DNA of 52,480 bases from Bacteroidales bacterium (GTDB taxonomy: Bacteria; Bacteroidota; Bacteroidia; Bacteroidales; Marinilabiliaceae): positions 1-52,480 of the forward strand of contig JAKSBD010000732.1 of NCBI GenBank assembly GCA_022361295.1. The letters are read 5' to 3'. The translations under genes were made by a program, and so were the position numbers. The notes under the pieces were generated by a model. The model was not told the origin of the DNA. It saw nothing but the letters and a program-made list of their open reading frames with translations, and ran no database searches. Positions 50,268 through 52,480 of the stretch are shown piece by piece (within the stretch, counting starts at the first letter, position 1; every line of letters starts with the position of its first letter).

Positions 50268-51023
50268 CTACAAAAACAAAACCTTTATGCCAGCCACAAA
50301 CACAGTCAATAAGAGAATGTAGCGTATATACCTGACACCAATTTGGCGGGCATATTTTGAGGCAATAAAAGCACCGCTGGCATTACCAATAGCCAGTATA
50401 ATGCCGTAAAGGAAATTAACCTGACCAGACCAGATAAAGATGCCTAAGGCCACGGCGGTATATGTCAGTACAATAAATACCTTAATGGCATTGGCTTTTA
50501 TCAGGTCGTAGCCAACGCCCAGTACTAAACCCGCCAGTAAAAAGAAGCCCACTCCCGCCTGGATAAAGCCACCGTATAAGCCGATGAAGAAGAAAATAAC
50601 AACCTGCCAGAAGGCAGGTTTCTCATTTACCTGCCCCGCTTGCTCTTTGACCCATTTATCGGGTTTGAATAAGATAACGAAGAACATGACGAACAATAAT
50701 GAGCCAATAAAAAGATTAAGTATTTGCTCATTAATATTGACAGCAATGGAAGCGCCCACAACAGAACCAGCCAGAGCCGGTATAACCAGGAACATACTGC
50801 TTTTATAATTGATCAGACCCTGTTGTTTGAAGTTGCGTACCGCCACCACATTCTGAAAAAAGATAGCCACCCGGTTGGTGGCGTTCGCCTGGTGGGGTGA
50901 TAAACCTAAAAACATGAGAAGGGGTAAGGTGATTAACGAACCACTGCCGGCCAGTGTGTTGATAAATCCGGCAAAGAGGCCGGCCAGGATAAGTAAACTT
51001 GTGTCTAAAAGTGAGATGTCCAT
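50268..51023 (-). CDS. Sulfite exporter TauE/SafE family membrane protein
   Basis: AGFINTLAGSGSLITLP, ANATN, IGLYGGFIQAGVG. Confidence 0.92.
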   Translation of the reverse strand: MDISLLDTSLLILAGLFAGFINTLAGSGSLITLPLLMFLGLSPHQANATNRVAIFFQNVVAVRNFKQQGLINYKSSMFLVIPALAGSVVGASIAVNINEQILNLFIGSLLFVMFFVILFKPDKWVKEQAGQVNEKPAFWQVVIFFFIGLYGGFIQAGVGFFLLAGLVLGVGYDLIKANAIKVFIVLTYTAVALGIFIWSGQVNFLYGIILAIGNASGAFIASKYARQIGVRYIRYILLLTVFVAGIKVLFL

Positions 51024-51027
51024 AGTG

Positions 51028-51035
51028 CAAATGTA
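51028..51035 (-). promoter_or_regulatory. -7 promoter element for the TauE/SafE gene
   Basis: Minus strand TACATTTG, 4 nt before the ATG. Confidence 0.55.
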
Positions 51036-51123
51036 TGGTTTTCATTTAAAAACCTTAATGATTATGCGAAGCGACAGATGGAAATAGTTCTAAAAAGAAT
51101 CATTGATAATTCTTTTTTTTTCA

Positions 51124-51200
51124 ATCACAAATTACTCTAATTGCTCAAATTCAGATTTAGTTTGGTGGAACTATTTGTGTTAATTCGTGAGATTTGTGGT
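51124..51200. repeat. Imperfect inverted repeat with ~9-nt internal periodicity (REP/MITE-like)
   Basis: ATCACAAATTACTCTAATTGCTCAAAT ... ATTTGTGTTAATTCGTGAGATTTGTGGT. Confidence 0.5.
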
Positions 51201-51290
51201 TCTGAATTTTTAACAGTGTTAATATTGAAACCTCTGGTTAGTAAAATATGTAATGTAAGATTCGCTAAGTTAAGAAGGTGTCTTCTGGTA

Positions 51291-51322
51291 AAAACAAAAG
51301 CCGCTCTCAAAAGAAAGCGGCT
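51291..51322 (-). terminator. Intrinsic terminator after glyA
   Basis: AGCCGCT-N10-AGCGGCT with U-rich flanks. Confidence 0.65.
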
Positions 51323-51383
51323 CCGTTTTTTTTATTTTTTAAACTTCATTCAAATAGCATCAGCTATAAGATGAGTTTATACT

Positions 51384-52480
51384 CTACCATGCAAACATTG
51401 GCTTATCAGCCATCAATGCATTCACTTTTTTGCGTGTTTCAGCAATTGATTCTTCGTTGTCGATGTTAGAAATAACTTCGTCAATGTAACCAACGATAAT
51501 ACGCATGTCGTCTTCTTTTAAACCACGTGATGTGATAGCAGAAGTACCTACACGGAAACCAGATGTAGCAAATGGTGAACGTGTATCGAATGGAACCATG
51601 TTTTTGTTGATGGTAATGTCAGCTTTTACTAATGTGTTCTCTACTTTTTTACCTGAAATATCAGGGAATTTAGTACGAAGGTCGATTAGCATTAAGTGGT
51701 TGTCAGTTCCTCCTGAGATGATTTTGTAACCCAACTTAATGAACTCATCAGCCATAGCCTGAGCATTAGAACGTACCTGGTCAACGTAAGTAGCAAAGTC
51801 ATCAGATAAAGCCTCACCAAATGCAACAGCTTTGGCTGCAATAACGTGCTCTAGCGGACCGCCTTGCTGACCCGGGAATACAGCAAAGTCTAATACTGCA
51901 CTCATCATCTTAGTTTCTCCTTTTGGAGTCTTGTAACCAAATGGGTTTTCGTAATCTTTACCCATTAAAATCATACCACCGCGAGGTCCGCGTAATGTTT
52001 TGTGAGTAGTAGTAGTTACAATATGACAGTGCTCAACAGGATTGTTTAAGCGACCTTTTGCGATTAAACCGGCAGGGTGCGCCATATCACAAAGCAATAA
52101 AGCACCAATCTCATCAGCTAAGCGACGCATACGTGCGTAATCCCACTCACGTGAGTAAGCCGAAGCACCTGCAATAATCATTTTAGGTTTGTGCTCGCGG
52201 GCAATAGCTTCCATCTCATCGTAATCAACCAATCCGGTATCTTCTTTAACGTGATAGCAAACCGGGTTGTAAGTTACACCTGAGAAGTTTACCGGTGAAC
52301 CATGTGTTAAGTGACCACCGTGTGCCAAGTCAAGACCCATAAAGGTATCACCTGGCTTTAATACTGCAAAAAATACAGCGGCATTAGCCTGAGCACCCGA
52401 GTGAGGCTGTACGTTAGCATATTCAGCACCAAACAACTCACAGGCACGATCAATGGCCAATTGCTCAGTTTGATCTACCA
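51384..52480 (-). CDS. glyA: Serine hydroxymethyltransferase, 5' end outside the window
   Basis: [33 protein letters not shown] (PLP lysine), GGTDNHL. Confidence 0.97.
   Translation of the reverse strand, partial: VDQTEQLAIDRACELFGAEYANVQPHSGAQANAAVFFAVLKPGDTFMGLDLAHGGHLTHGSPVNFSGVTYNPVCYHVKEDTGLVDYDEMEAIAREHKPKMIIAGASAYSREWDYARMRRLADEIGALLLCDMAHPAGLIAKGRLNNPVEHCHIVTTTTHKTLRGPRGGMILMGKDYENPFGYKTPKGETKMMSAVLDFAVFPGQQGGPLEHVIAAKAVAFGEALSDDFATYVDQVRSNAQAMADEFIKLGYKIISGGTDNHLMLIDLRTKFPDISGKKVENTLVKADITINKNMVPFDTRSPFATSGFRVGTSAITSRGLKEDDMRIIVGYIDEVISNIDNEESIAETRKKVNALMADKPMFAW

Noticed and set aside
49851-50322. Short ORFs 49851..50066 and 50137..50322
   Set aside because: No motifs; they overlap repeats or the end of the TauE gene

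Overview
AT-rich chromosomal segment of a Bacteroidota bacterium (TAnnTTTG promoters, no Shine-Dalgarno motifs, a SusC/SusD pair; gene content suggests Marinilabiliales, which is inference). Most of it is housekeeping: pabB-tilS, an ABC-F ATPase, a PPIase/SurA cluster, tex-DEAD helicase-RlmI-exonuclease-DUF5063, smpB, tsaD, tamB (split by a -1 frameshift), exbB-exbD-exbD-tonB, a TauE/SafE exporter and a partial glyA. There is one small polysaccharide utilisation locus (FecR, SusC, SusD, sulfatase, GH109) with no adjacent ECF sigma factor. The most interesting element is a compact minus-strand RiPP-like cassette at 37235-41028: stand-alone PqqD/RRE, a 71-73 aa precursor-like peptide with a YxxPxI leader motif, an HprK/ScmC-like P-loop protein, a Ser/His S26-type peptidase and an ABC exporter, with no cyclase, radical SAM or other class-defining enzyme in the window. 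Also notable are a 590-aa FMN TIM-barrel-like, Cys-containing hypothetical protein next to an acyltransferase, and a ~1 kb non-coding island (49255-50267) holding a 42-bp tandem repeat, a perfect 17-bp palindrome and an 11-bp periodic repeat. I found no rRNA, tRNA, CRISPR array or transposase. All family calls come from motif recognition, not database searches.
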